Counted from the first letter of the stretch, positions 9,694 to 19,403 are shown. The stretch: DNA of 64,000 nt from Candidatus Latescibacterota bacterium (GCA_965204375.1 OZ241986.1:1248001-1312000); one strand, 5' to 3'. The notes: generated by a model not told the origin, from the sequence alone. Translations and numbers: made by a program.

Positions 9694-9888
9694 GTGATGA
9701 CCAGACAGTTGACAGCAATTATCGAACGCGAAGGCGATGGCTATGTCGCCCTCTGCCCTGAGTTGGATATCGCGAGTGAGGGAACAACCGTGGCTGGAGC
9801 GCGGGAAAATTTGAAGGAGGCATTGGAATTGTTTTTTGAGACGGCATCAGCGACCGAAATCCAGTATCGGTTACACGAGGAAGTGTAA
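9694..9888 (+). CDS. HicB-family antitoxin (orphan, possibly C-terminally truncated)
   Basis: LTAIIEREGDGYVALCPELDIASEG...ARENLKEALELF; no hicA adjacent. Confidence 0.85.
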   Translation: MMTRQLTAIIEREGDGYVALCPELDIASEGTTVAGARENLKEALELFFETASATEIQYRLHEEV

Positions 9889-9923
9889 CATTAGAGTAAA
9901 TTAAATTGCAAGAGGAAAAAGCT

Positions 9924-10151
9924 GTGCAGCACCGTCACTTGAATCATCAAAACTTTACGCTCGCCGCGATAGACGATGTGATTCGTCGGGGTCGGTGGGA
10001 CGATTGGGCGGAGTTGCGTCGTGCTGCTCTGGAAGACCGTACTTTGCTCGACAAGATTGAGCGCGTCTGCGCCCATTGCGTCGCTGACCCTTATGCCCAG
10101 CGTCATCATTTTTGGATGAACTATGTCAAAAAACACCGCGATACTTCCTGA
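9924..10151 (+). CDS. Small helical protein, putative antitoxin of the downstream nucleotidyltransferase
   Basis: GTG start after GAGG; TLAAIDDVIRRGRWDDWAELRRA; overlaps the next gene by 29 nt. Confidence 0.65.
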   Translation: MQHRHLNHQNFTLAAIDDVIRRGRWDDWAELRRAALEDRTLLDKIERVCAHCVADPYAQRHHFWMNYVKKHRDTS

Positions 10152-10830
10152 GTGGGATCGCGTGCTGTCGTCGGCATGTCGTCTCCAGCAGATTCTACCT
10201 GAAGCTGTGTTAGTGGGGGGGACTGCGGCAGCCATCCATGCCGAGCATCGCCTTTCCCAGGATGCAGATCATGTGTTGCTCGATCTGCGTCGTCGATTTG
10301 ATGAGATACTCGCCCAATTAGAGTCGGTGTCTGGGTGGCAGACGGCCCGTGTGACGCGCCCGGTCCTAATACTCGGCAGCCTTGATGGAATTGAGACGGG
10401 TGTGCGCCAATTGATCCGTGACGAGCCGCTGGAAACAACGACGCTCCAACATCGGGATGCGATGTTGACCCTTCCAACTCGAGCGGAGATACTCCGGATC
10501 AAAGGCGTGTTGATTCTCAAACGCAACGCGACACGCGACTATATCGATTTTGCTGCACTCGCACACCAGATGGGCGACCAGGCTATAGCAGAAGCTTTGC
10601 GACCTTTCGACAGGTTGTACCGCCAGGACAGTGGGGAGTCCGCATTGCAACAATTACAGGTGCAACTCTCAAATCCCTTGCCCTACGACTTAGAAGATAC
10701 GGAACTTTCCGAATACAAGGACCTCGCCGCACAGTGGCACGACTGGAACGCGGTGATAGTGGTTTGCACCCATGTCGCGGTTGTTGCTTTTGATTATATT
10801 TGCGATCAGAATGACTCGGTCCAGAACTGA
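10123..10830 (+). CDS. AbiEii/DUF1814-like nucleotidyltransferase toxin
   Basis: LVGGTAA...HRLSQDAD (GG/HR-S-D-D motif); EILRIK...RNATRDYID. Confidence 0.8.
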   Translation: MSKNTAILPEWDRVLSSACRLQQILPEAVLVGGTAAAIHAEHRLSQDADHVLLDLRRRFDEILAQLESVSGWQTARVTRPVLILGSLDGIETGVRQLIRDEPLETTTLQHRDAMLTLPTRAEILRIKGVLILKRNATRDYIDFAALAHQMGDQAIAEALRPFDRLYRQDSGESALQQLQVQLSNPLPYDLEDTELSEYKDLAAQWHDWNAVIVVCTHVAVVAFDYICDQNDSVQN

Positions 10831-11285
10831 TGTTACCCAATTTAACTGTGCGTCCAGCACAGACTTCTGATAGAATTTCAGTTAATGAATTAGTGAAAAC
10901 GATTGGACCACAATGCGTTGTGGGGGTTTCGAGTGAGTGCGCGCCCATAGATGCGGAACAGACGCTCGTGGCTGTGCAGGGCGATTGTGTGATTGGGTTT
11001 TTGGCGTGGCATCAAGATGAGATGCAGGCTGTAATTGTGGGACTTGGGGTGCGTGACACGCATCGGCGCTTTGGCGTGGGAACGCAGTTGGTCAATGCGC
11101 TGACAGAGCATTTGCGGGAGGTTGGGACGCGGTTGTTGGAAGTGATTGTGCCGTGCGATAGGGTGGGCGCGATGGCCGTTTTTGATTCGGTGGGGTTCAG
11201 GCGGCTGGGGCGCAGTGCCGCGGACTGTGTTACATTTGAGTATCGTTTGTGGGGACGCAGAAATCGGGCAGATGGGTTTGCGTGA
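10830..11285 (+). CDS. GNAT N-acetyltransferase
   Basis: LGVRDTHRRFGVGTQLV acetyl-CoA motif; VGF near the C-terminus. Confidence 0.85.
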   Translation: MLPNLTVRPAQTSDRISVNELVKTIGPQCVVGVSSECAPIDAEQTLVAVQGDCVIGFLAWHQDEMQAVIVGLGVRDTHRRFGVGTQLVNALTEHLREVGTRLLEVIVPCDRVGAMAVFDSVGFRRLGRSAADCVTFEYRLWGRRNRADGFA

Positions 11286-11390
11286 TCTGTTGTAATTATA
11301 ACAGGATGTGAGAGATGCGCGGTTGCATCTTTTGCCTCCTGTTATTAGTTTGGTGGCTGATGTCAGGCAGGTGATTGAGAAAGGTGGACT

Positions 11391-13346
11391 ATGGCCGAAG
11401 TAAAAGCCTCAAATACAACAGATGCGGCAACGCGCGAAGGGATTACGCTCAGGGCTGTTCTTTTTGGGTTGGTGGTGGTGCTGTGGATTGCGTTTTGGAA
11501 TACGCATGCCGAGTATATTGCCCACACATCGCGTATGAATATCAGCCATTTCCCAATGGTATTGTTGTGTACCTATGTGCTGGTGGTGTTGCTGAATCAA
11601 CTGGTGCGCTGGGTAAAGCCCCGGTATGCGCTGTGTCAAACCGAGTTGCTGGTGGTACTGGCGATGGGGCTTTTGGGCGCGGCCATTCCCGCCTATGGTT
11701 TGACGAGTTTTTTCCTGGGCATGATTTCGGTGCCGCATTATTTGGCGACGCCCGAAAATCAATGGTCGGAATTTGTCCATCCGCATTTGCCCGATTGGCT
11801 GGTGCCGAGCAATGAAGGCTATGCCATGCAATGGCTTTACGAGGGTCTGCCTGCGGGGCAGTCCATTCCATGGGACGTGTGGGTTGTGCCGCTGTTCTGG
11901 TGGTTGAGCGTTGTTGCGGCCATTGCTCTGGCATCTATCGCGCTTTCGAGTATGTTGCGAAAACAGTGGTCGGAGCACGAGCGCGTGGCCTATCCCGTGC
12001 TCGGTCCGCCAGTAGATCTGGCTTCAGCGGCTGATGCGCCAAAGCGGGAAGGCATTTTGTACAATCGGTTGTTCTGGATCGGATGTGGCCTGATTTTTTT
12101 TGTGAAGGCGTGGAATATTATGTCGTATTTCAACCCCGGTATTCCCATTATCTGGTTGGGGCAGCAGTGGTTTTATTTTGCCAGATTTTATCCGCCGCAG
12201 CATACAGGGGTGAATTTTTTTACGATTGGTTTTGCGTATTTTGCCAATGTAGATGTGTTGTTTTCCATTCTGGTCTTTCACGTTCTATATCTCAATGAGA
12301 TTGCTTTTTTTCGCAGGATTGGGTTCACATTGTCGGCCAAAACAGGTCCCGGCGATGCGGTGGCTGGTCTGCAAAGTGCCGGGGCATTTATCGCTCTGGT
12401 ATTCTGGACATTTTGGACAGCGCGGCTGCATTTGAAGGATGTGTTTCGCAAGGCCTGGCGGGGCGATGATACCGTGGATGATTCGAATGAGTTGATGTCG
12501 CATCGCATGGCGGTTATTTCGCTTGTGATCAGCGTGTTGTTCATGTTGTTGTGGTTGCGCACCATGGGGTTGGAATGGAAATTTGTGTGTCTGTTAACTC
12601 TGGGTTTGTTCATCGCTTATGTCGGGCTTGCCCGCATTATTGCCGAAACTGGTGTGGTGTATATGAGCATGCCGATCAACGAGGCTGGGTTCGCAGGTTT
12701 GTTTTTTCATCCGGCGGATTATTCGGCGGGGGCGCGAACGTCGATCACATTGTTTTCTTCCCTGCGTTGCCAGAGTAAGGCGATGTTTATGGTGCCTCTG
12801 GTTCATATTGCGAGGTTGGGCGAGTTGATCCAGCAGCAAAGGGGGCGTTTGTTGATGGTCGTGCTTGTGACGCTTGTCGTCGGGATTGGTGGCACGATAA
12901 TTCTGACGATTTTTTTGAGTTATACTTATGGCGCGTATAATTTTAATGATCTTCCATTTACGCGCTATCCGCCGCGCGTGTACGACGCTCTGGTCAAAGC
13001 GTTAAAAGAAGTGCCCGAATACAAACCCGAACGCTATTTGTTTTTAGGGGCAGGGATGGTCATTTTTAGTGTTATGAGTTTTTTGCGGTATCGCTTTACA
13101 TGGTGGCCTCTGCATCCTATGGGGATGATTGTGCCTGTGGGACACGCGATGCATTCGACGATGTCTATTTTGATTGCGTGGAGTGCCAAAGCGATTATTC
13201 TTCGCATTGGCGGGGCTTCGCTTTATCGGCGTAGCAGGCCCTTTTTTGTCGGGATGCTGGTGGGCTATGGGCTTGCTGTGTTCACGTCCTATGTGGTGGA
13301 TCAAATCTGGTTTCCCGGACGTGGGCATCACATGCATTCGTGGTAG
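11391..13346 (+). CDS. DUF6785/DUF6784-like polytopic membrane protein (putative OPT-like transporter)
   Basis: 651 aa with many TM segments; GITLRAV, RKQWSEHERVAYP, WWPLHPMG, ILRIGGASLYR, PFFVG. Confidence 0.8.
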   Translation: MAEVKASNTTDAATREGITLRAVLFGLVVVLWIAFWNTHAEYIAHTSRMNISHFPMVLLCTYVLVVLLNQLVRWVKPRYALCQTELLVVLAMGLLGAAIPAYGLTSFFLGMISVPHYLATPENQWSEFVHPHLPDWLVPSNEGYAMQWLYEGLPAGQSIPWDVWVVPLFWWLSVVAAIALASIALSSMLRKQWSEHERVAYPVLGPPVDLASAADAPKREGILYNRLFWIGCGLIFFVKAWNIMSYFNPGIPIIWLGQQWFYFARFYPPQHTGVNFFTIGFAYFANVDVLFSILVFHVLYLNEIAFFRRIGFTLSAKTGPGDAVAGLQSAGAFIALVFWTFWTARLHLKDVFRKAWRGDDTVDDSNELMSHRMAVISLVISVLFMLLWLRTMGLEWKFVCLLTLGLFIAYVGLARIIAETGVVYMSMPINEAGFAGLFFHPADYSAGARTSITLFSSLRCQSKAMFMVPLVHIARLGELIQQQRGRLLMVVLVTLVVGIGGTIILTIFLSYTYGAYNFNDLPFTRYPPRVYDALVKALKEVPEYKPERYLFLGAGMVIFSVMSFLRYRFTWWPLHPMGMIVPVGHAMHSTMSILIAWSAKAIILRIGGASLYRRSRPFFVGMLVGYGLAVFTSYVVDQIWFPGRGHHMHSW

Positions 13347-13351
13347 GAGAT

Positions 13352-14794
13352 ATGAGCAATCAGTCTTTGGCAACACGAGCGGTGCGCGGGGCGTTTTGGA
13401 CGGGCGGCGGGTTGGGCGTGCATCTCATCGTGACACTGATTTTTTTTCGGATTCTAAATCTGGAAGATATGGGGTATTTCATCTGGGCACAGCGCGTTCT
13501 GGTTCTGTTTCAGATGGTTGGGGTATTGGGTCTAAACGATGCTTTGATAAAATATCAAGATGCCTCGCAGATCCATTTTTCCTCTGCTTTTTGGGCCTGT
13601 TTTTTTGTGGGGATTGCGCTTTTTGCCGGGTTTATAGTGAGTGAGTGGCTTTTGATTATCTGGCTGGGAAGAACGCCGAATATCGCGGCGTTCTTTGATA
13701 TTGCAAAACCCATGGCTTTGATTATTCCCCTCGCGTCTGTTTCGGGCATTGTGAAAGCAATTCTGGCTCGGGAGTTGCGTTTTCAATCCATAGCCATAAG
13801 TGAAATGGCCGCTGCTTTGATTGCCGCAATGGTTGGCATTGGTCTTCTCGTTAGTGGTTGGGGCATAAAAAGTGCGGTTTGGAATGCAATAACGAGGGAG
13901 ATCGCGTTGTTGGGCGGTTTGTGGATTGCCGCTGCCTGGATGCCATCGCTGTCGTTTAGTTGGGCAAAGCTGAAGGCACTTTTGCCATTTGGATTTAATG
14001 TTTCTGGCGCAAATCTGCTCAACAATATCAACAATAACCTGGACAAGGTCTATTTTGTTCCCGTTTTGCTGGGACCTGTTGCTGCGGGTCTATACGCTTT
14101 TGCATATCAATACACAATGGTTCCATTGAATCGGGCGAGTGTTGTGCTGACGCGGGTGATTTTTCCGGCTTTTTCCGTGGTGCAACGCAATAATCAGACT
14201 TTGCGACGGGGATATACGCGCACGATTGCTGCGATTGCCCTTTTGTCCTGGCCCGCGCTAATAGGTGGTTTTATTTATGGGCGAGAAATTTTGTTGCTCG
14301 TCAAGGGCGAGGAGATGTTGCCTGCTCTTAATCCACTCAGGCTGTTGATTTTAGCGGGTATGCTTAAAGCTGTGGGCACGGTTGTGGGATCGGTTTTTCT
14401 CGCCAAGGGAAAGGCAAACTGGTCGTTTCGGTGGACGCTTGTAAATCTGATTGTTTTTGTGCCCGCGCTTTATTGGGGTGTGCGCTATGGCATTGATGGG
14501 ATCGCCGCCGTGCTCTCAGTGGCTGCCGTGCTATTTCTCGTGGTTACGCAAATACTGGTCAACCGGTTGATTGATTTGCAAATGTCTGATTATTTCAAGT
14601 CATTTGTCGGGCCGTTGTTGACGACACTGTTGGTCGCGGTTGCGCTGGTCTCGGTTCGGTCATTGACAGATCTGGGGCATGTTGAATCTCTGTTGGTGGG
14701 GGTGATGGTCGGGAGCATTGCTTATGCGATTGCTATTCGTTTGTTTATGTGGGCATTTGTGATGCGGTTCTGGCGTGATTTCCGGGGGCAATAG
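13352..14794 (+). CDS. Wzx/MOP-family polysaccharide flippase
   Basis: SLATRAVRGAFWT, RELRF, GLYAFAY, VIFPAFS; hydrophobic throughout; AGGAG RBS. Confidence 0.85.
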   Translation: MSNQSLATRAVRGAFWTGGGLGVHLIVTLIFFRILNLEDMGYFIWAQRVLVLFQMVGVLGLNDALIKYQDASQIHFSSAFWACFFVGIALFAGFIVSEWLLIIWLGRTPNIAAFFDIAKPMALIIPLASVSGIVKAILARELRFQSIAISEMAAALIAAMVGIGLLVSGWGIKSAVWNAITREIALLGGLWIAAAWMPSLSFSWAKLKALLPFGFNVSGANLLNNINNNLDKVYFVPVLLGPVAAGLYAFAYQYTMVPLNRASVVLTRVIFPAFSVVQRNNQTLRRGYTRTIAAIALLSWPALIGGFIYGREILLLVKGEEMLPALNPLRLLILAGMLKAVGTVVGSVFLAKGKANWSFRWTLVNLIVFVPALYWGVRYGIDGIAAVLSVAAVLFLVVTQILVNRLIDLQMSDYFKSFVGPLLTTLLVAVALVSVRSLTDLGHVESLLVGVMVGSIAYAIAIRLFMWAFVMRFWRDFRGQ

Positions 14795-14865
14795 ATTGTG
14801 ATTGTGTTGTCCGCCCGTTCATGGCATAATGCAAGTGTCTGGGTGGAAAACTAAAGGAGGCTGCT

Positions 14866-15948
14866 TTGAAAACCTACCGCGTGGGTATTATTGGATTGGG
14901 ACGGATGGGCAGCACTATTGACGATGAAGGGCATGCTGTCAAACCGTATTCTATTGCGGCTTGTTGTGAGGTGATAGATCAACTCGAACTGGTCGCTGGA
15001 TCTGATTTGCAAGCAGATAAGCGGGCGGATTTTACCGAGCGATGGGGTGTAGAGGCTGTTTACGAAAATTATCTGGAGATGGTGGCGCGAGAGTCGCTCG
15101 ACCTGGTGGCGGTGTGTACAACGGCTTCGGGTTTGTTTAAGCCCGCCAATGAAGCACCTGATGCCAATTTCAGGGGCGATTCGCATGCGGATTTAACCGT
15201 GAGCCTTGCCAATGCTGGAGTGCCGATGTTATATGTGGAGAAGGCGATGGCGAGTTCGATGGTGCGGGCGGATGAGATTTTGGAAGCGGTGAGAGCAAAT
15301 GGGACGGTGTTTAATTCGGGTGTTTTGAGACGATTTAACCTGAGTTATCACGCCGTGCGCCGCGCAATTGCCGAAGGTGAAATTGGCGACCCCAGAGCAG
15401 CTATTCACTACGCGGCTTCGTCTTTGATGCATGGGCATATCCACTCTATAGATACGCTCTCTTTTTTGTTGGGCGATCCGAAAATCGAAGCGGTGCGCGG
15501 TGAATTGTTGCCGCGAGATTTTGCGATTGAAAACAATCACATTGCTTTTGATCCGAGCGCGACTTTTCAATTGCGATTTGAAAATGGCATAGAAGCCTGT
15601 TCGGTACCCGCTGGCGGATGGGAGTTTGAGGTGATAGGGACAAAAGGGTGCATCCGGTCGATTAACAATGGGGATGGCATAAAGCTCAGAAAAGTCGGTG
15701 ACATGGTGGGCAAACGCCAGGGTTGGGATGATGCAGAGATCGCGCCTGTTGCGCCGAAAAGCCATGTGGTGTCGTGTCTTGAGGATCTGATAGACGCTTA
15801 TGAGCAAGGGCGTCCGACGCTGGGACATGTGGAGATCGCCCATCATATCACTGAGGCTTGTATTGCCGTGGCGGAGAGTCATCACCGGGGGAGTTCGTGG
15901 GTTAATCTACCGTTGGAAGAACGGGATTTGTACATCTTTCACGTTTAA
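14866..15948 (+). CDS. Gfo/Idh/MocA family oxidoreductase
   Basis: GIIGLGRMG; variant EKAMA motif; HIHSID. Confidence 0.88.
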   Translation: MKTYRVGIIGLGRMGSTIDDEGHAVKPYSIAACCEVIDQLELVAGSDLQADKRADFTERWGVEAVYENYLEMVARESLDLVAVCTTASGLFKPANEAPDANFRGDSHADLTVSLANAGVPMLYVEKAMASSMVRADEILEAVRANGTVFNSGVLRRFNLSYHAVRRAIAEGEIGDPRAAIHYAASSLMHGHIHSIDTLSFLLGDPKIEAVRGELLPRDFAIENNHIAFDPSATFQLRFENGIEACSVPAGGWEFEVIGTKGCIRSINNGDGIKLRKVGDMVGKRQGWDDAEIAPVAPKSHVVSCLEDLIDAYEQGRPTLGHVEIAHHITEACIAVAESHHRGSSWVNLPLEERDLYIFHV

Positions 15949-15968
15949 GCCATCATTGGGAGCAGGTC

Positions 15969-17045
15969 ATGAAAACATATCGCGCAGCATTGATTGGATG
16001 CAGTCGGATGGGTGCATTTATTGACAACGAGGTGGATCACACGCGGGCGTATTCCCATGCGGCGGGATACGAGGCATGTGATCGAACAGATCTGGTCGCG
16101 TGTTCGGATCTGCGCGAAGATGTGATGGCGCGGGCTGGCGAGCGATACGGAGTGCCTAAATCGCGGCAGTACACGGATTATCGGGAACTTATCAATACGG
16201 AAGAGCCAGATATTGTGAGCGTGGCGACGCAGCCAGAGCAGCGCGCAGAAATTGTGGTATATGCTGCCGAGCACGGGGCAAAGGCGATTTATGCTGAAAA
16301 AGCGATGGCGGCTTCTATGGCAGATGCCGATGCGATGGTCGATGCGTGTGAGCGCAATGGTGTGTTTTTCAATCTGGGCACCAATCGGCGATGGGATAGA
16401 GGGTATGACAGTATGAAGGGGGTGATTGACAGCGGACGTATTGGGCGGTTGCGGTCGCTGATCATTCACCAGACGAGTTCTCTTTTCAATGGTGCGAGTC
16501 ACAGTTTTGATCTGTTGATGCGCCTCAATAGCGACCATCCCGCGTCGTGGGTGCAAGCACATCTATCGCAGGGTGCAGACGAGATTGAGGGAAATATTTT
16601 AAAGGCGGATCCCGTAGGGCATGGGATTATCCAGTTTGAAAACGGCGTGACGGCTTATGCCCTCAATTCTGGACGCGGTTTGGAGGTTGAAGCTGTGGGC
16701 GATGCGGGTGTTGTGACGAGCTTGCAAAATGGCGCGGGGTGGCAGGTGCGCGAGGTGGTTGGGCACGATCACAGGGGACGAAATGTGCTGGGATTTGGGG
16801 ATTTTCCAGAGGTGGAGCCGACGAGTTCAACGGTGCATTTGATTGAGGATCTGGCACATGCGCTGGATACGGGTGAGCCGACGCGGTGCGGTGTGCGGTT
16901 GGCACATGCCAATCAAGAATTGATTTTTGCCTGTGTCGAGTCGCACCAGCGAGGGGGCGAGCGGGTGCATCTGCCGTTGAAAGACTGTCCCTATCGCATG
17001 GATCGCGGTTTTGCACCCAGGCAACCGAAGTTTGAACGTGAATAA
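15969..17045 (+). CDS. Gfo/Idh/MocA family oxidoreductase
   Basis: LIGCSRMG; EKAMA; SHSFD. Confidence 0.88.
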   Translation: MKTYRAALIGCSRMGAFIDNEVDHTRAYSHAAGYEACDRTDLVACSDLREDVMARAGERYGVPKSRQYTDYRELINTEEPDIVSVATQPEQRAEIVVYAAEHGAKAIYAEKAMAASMADADAMVDACERNGVFFNLGTNRRWDRGYDSMKGVIDSGRIGRLRSLIIHQTSSLFNGASHSFDLLMRLNSDHPASWVQAHLSQGADEIEGNILKADPVGHGIIQFENGVTAYALNSGRGLEVEAVGDAGVVTSLQNGAGWQVREVVGHDHRGRNVLGFGDFPEVEPTSSTVHLIEDLAHALDTGEPTRCGVRLAHANQELIFACVESHQRGGERVHLPLKDCPYRMDRGFAPRQPKFERE

Positions 17046-17056
17046 AGGAGGTTATT

Positions 17057-18073
17057 GTGGAATATCGCGAGTTTGGACAGACGGGTTTGAAGGTTTCGGC
17101 AATCGGTTTTGGATGCTGGGAATTGGGCGGGGGATATGGGTCTATTGATGACGCTGAGGTCGTCGCTGCGGTCAACCGCGCAGTTGATCTGGGGATCAAT
17201 TGTTTTGATACGGCGCAGGGATATGGCAAGGGCGCGTCTGAGCGGTTGCTCGCGCGTGCGCTGGGACCCAGGCGCAAAGATGTGATTCTGGTTACGAAGT
17301 TCGGCATTGGATACGAGCATGGCAGAGATAGTAGCAAAGAGATGGTACACCGGGCGATTGAGCAGAGTTTGGAGATGCTGAATACAGATTACGTCGATGT
17401 GTATCTCGTGCATTGGCCCGATCGCGATACGCCTTTTGAAGAGACTATGGGCGCTCTGGAGGAGATTGTCCAGGCAGGGAAGACTCGGTTTGTGGGGCTG
17501 TCGAATTTTACGCCTCCGGAAATCGCGCGGTGTATGGATGCGCGGCGCGTGGAGGTGTTGCAATACGGGTGTAATTTGTTTGACCGCCGCCATGTAAAAT
17601 GGACGTTTCCCTATGCCGAAGCAAATAATGTGGGAATAATGACTTATGGTTCTCTGGCTTATGGCTTGCTCGCTGGCGCGTTTACAGAAGATACGGTTTT
17701 TGAAGATAATGATTGGCGCAGAAGAGGCGGTAGCAATACGACCTTGCGCCTGTTTGAGCCGGGTATTTTCCAGCGCAATGTCCGGGCGGTGAATGAGTTG
17801 AAGGAGATCGCCGCGGGGCTGGGCAAAAATCTGCCTCATATGGCGCTGAATTGGGTGTTGTCTCATCAGGCTGTGAGTACGGCACTGGTGGGTGCGCGAA
17901 AGCCGGAAGAGGTGGAAGATAATATGGGTGCTCTGGGGTGGACGCTGGATGAGGATACAAAGCGGGCTATTGATCGGGTTTTTGCCAAATACGAGATCGA
18001 TACTGCGCCCAATAAGTGGGGTGAAATTGATTCTAAGTGGATGGATATCGATCCGTTAGAATGGGCAGAATGA
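17057..18073 (+). CDS. Aldo/keto reductase
   Basis: IGFGCW, FDTAQGYG, VTKFG, YLVHWPD, GLSNF. Confidence 0.93.
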   Translation: MEYREFGQTGLKVSAIGFGCWELGGGYGSIDDAEVVAAVNRAVDLGINCFDTAQGYGKGASERLLARALGPRRKDVILVTKFGIGYEHGRDSSKEMVHRAIEQSLEMLNTDYVDVYLVHWPDRDTPFEETMGALEEIVQAGKTRFVGLSNFTPPEIARCMDARRVEVLQYGCNLFDRRHVKWTFPYAEANNVGIMTYGSLAYGLLAGAFTEDTVFEDNDWRRRGGSNTTLRLFEPGIFQRNVRAVNELKEIAAGLGKNLPHMALNWVLSHQAVSTALVGARKPEEVEDNMGALGWTLDEDTKRAIDRVFAKYEIDTAPNKWGEIDSKWMDIDPLEWAE

Positions 18074-18080
18074 GGGGGAT

Positions 18081-19028
18081 ATGATGGATAACGTGCGCGT
18101 TGGTGTGATTGGATGTGGCGGCAGGGGCAGGGGACACATTCGAACTTTGGATGGATTTGAAGATGTGCATCTCGCAGCGGTCTGCGATCCGGTTGTGGAG
18201 ATCCGCGAGTCCGTGTGTGAAGAATACGGGATTGAAGGACAATACGGCGATGTTTACGCAATGCTCGAAGGCGAGGCTCTGGATGCGGTTTTTGTCGCGC
18301 CTCCTGCACACTTAAATGCCACGCTTGCATTGCCGTGTCTGGAGGCTGGTGTCAATACCTTTTTGGAGAAACCTCCCGGTTTGAGTTTGAAAGAGACCGA
18401 AGCGTTAAAAGCCGCATCGGATGAAACGGGTGCAAAATCCATGGTGGGGTGGAATCGGCGATTTCATCCAATCATTGTCGAGGCGCGGAATCTGGTACTG
18501 GATCGCGGTCCTGTGACGCAATTGGTGGGGGAGTTCCACAAGAGTATCACGGATTTGGGGAATTCGGGCAAGTTTGCCGAGGTGCTGATGGATTGTATGC
18601 TTTTTGAGACGCCGATTCACGCGATTGATACGATCCGTTTTTTGGCTGATGCCGATGTTTCCGAGGTTCACAGTGTGGTGCAGCGGTCTATGTCCGGTTA
18701 TCGGGATGTACACGCGGCTCTCGTCGCGTTTGAAAATGGCGTTGTCGCGCAGCTTATTCACAATTATACGACAAATGCCAGACTGGAGCGCTACGAGATT
18801 CACGGGCACGAGATTTCGGCTTATATGGAGGGCGTTTCGCGCGGAGAGGTTTTTTGCGATGGCGAGAAAAGAGCGTTGAGTGGGGATGGGTCGGGCACAG
18901 ACGAACAGAACCGATTTTTTATCGATTGTGTCAAAAAAGATCGCCCAGTCGCGCTTCCCGCGGCAAATTTGGATGAGGCGATTAAGACGATGGAACTGGC
19001 CGAGGCGATTATGGATGGGACGCGATAG
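18081..19028 (+). CDS. Gfo/Idh/MocA family oxidoreductase
   Basis: GVIGCGGRG, LEKPP, GWNRRF, IHAID. Confidence 0.9.
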   Translation: MMDNVRVGVIGCGGRGRGHIRTLDGFEDVHLAAVCDPVVEIRESVCEEYGIEGQYGDVYAMLEGEALDAVFVAPPAHLNATLALPCLEAGVNTFLEKPPGLSLKETEALKAASDETGAKSMVGWNRRFHPIIVEARNLVLDRGPVTQLVGEFHKSITDLGNSGKFAEVLMDCMLFETPIHAIDTIRFLADADVSEVHSVVQRSMSGYRDVHAALVAFENGVVAQLIHNYTTNARLERYEIHGHEISAYMEGVSRGEVFCDGEKRALSGDGSGTDEQNRFFIDCVKKDRPVALPAANLDEAIKTMELAEAIMDGTR

Positions 19029-19093
19029 GGCGAATAGACGAATAGACGGAGAGATATACAACTGGTTCAAGCCACTTTTTCCATTTCTTTCTA

Positions 19094-19122
19094 TTGACAA
19101 TATTTTCCGAATCCCGTAGTTT
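19094..19122 (+). promoter_or_regulatory. Sigma70 promoter of tRNA-Pro
   Basis: TTGACA-N17-TAGTTT, 14 nt upstream of the tRNA. Confidence 0.75.
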
Positions 19123-19136
19123 TCAGATATTAGAAA

Positions 19137-19213
19137 CGAGGTGTGGCTCAGTCCGGTAGAGCACCTGCTTTGGGAGCAGGGGGCCGGGGGTTCAAATCCC
19201 TCCACCTCGACCA
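19137..19213 (+). tRNA. tRNA-Pro(TGG)
   Basis: Acceptor CGAGGTG/CACCTCG, anticodon arm CCTGC-TTTGGGA-GCAGG, TTCAAAT T-loop, encoded CCA. Confidence 0.97.
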
Positions 19214-19216
19214 ATA

Positions 19217-19251
19217 ACAAGGGGTTGTGATCAAAATGTGCAACCCCTTGT
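19217..19251 (+). terminator. Hairpin after tRNA-Pro
   Basis: ACAAGGGGTTG ... CAACCCCTTGT perfect 11-bp stem. Confidence 0.65.
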
Positions 19252-19269
19252 CGTTTTGAGGGATGGAAG

Positions 19270-19301
19270 AAAAAGCGCCCGTGCAAAATCGCACAGGCGC
19301 T
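19270..19301 (-). terminator. Intrinsic terminator after tRNA-Gln
   Basis: Minus strand AGCGCCTGTGC-GATTTT-GCACGGGCGCT followed by a T run. Confidence 0.7.
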
Positions 19302-19309
19302 ATCTTTTT

Positions 19310-19383
19310 TGGTTGCCCCTCAGGGATTCGAACCCCGATACCTGGAACCAAAATCCAGTGTCTTGCCATTAGACGAAGGGGCA
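19310..19383 (-). tRNA. tRNA-Gln(TTG)
   Basis: Acceptor TGCCCCT/AGGGGCA, anticodon arm CTGGA-TTTTGGT-TCCAG, TTCGAAT, CCA. Confidence 0.97.
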
Positions 19384-19403
19384 ATAACTTGTGTTGAGGG
19401 CTA

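Noticed and set aside
9886-9904. Programmed frameshift or readthrough at the end of hicB
   Set aside because: No slippery site or stimulator; an alternative frame adds only a few residues, so simple truncation is more likely.
16663-19286. Long antisense ORFs (16663-17337, 16991-17866, 18405-19286) and similar ones elsewhere
   Set aside because: They shadow well-supported genes or tRNAs on the opposite strand and lack RBS or motifs.
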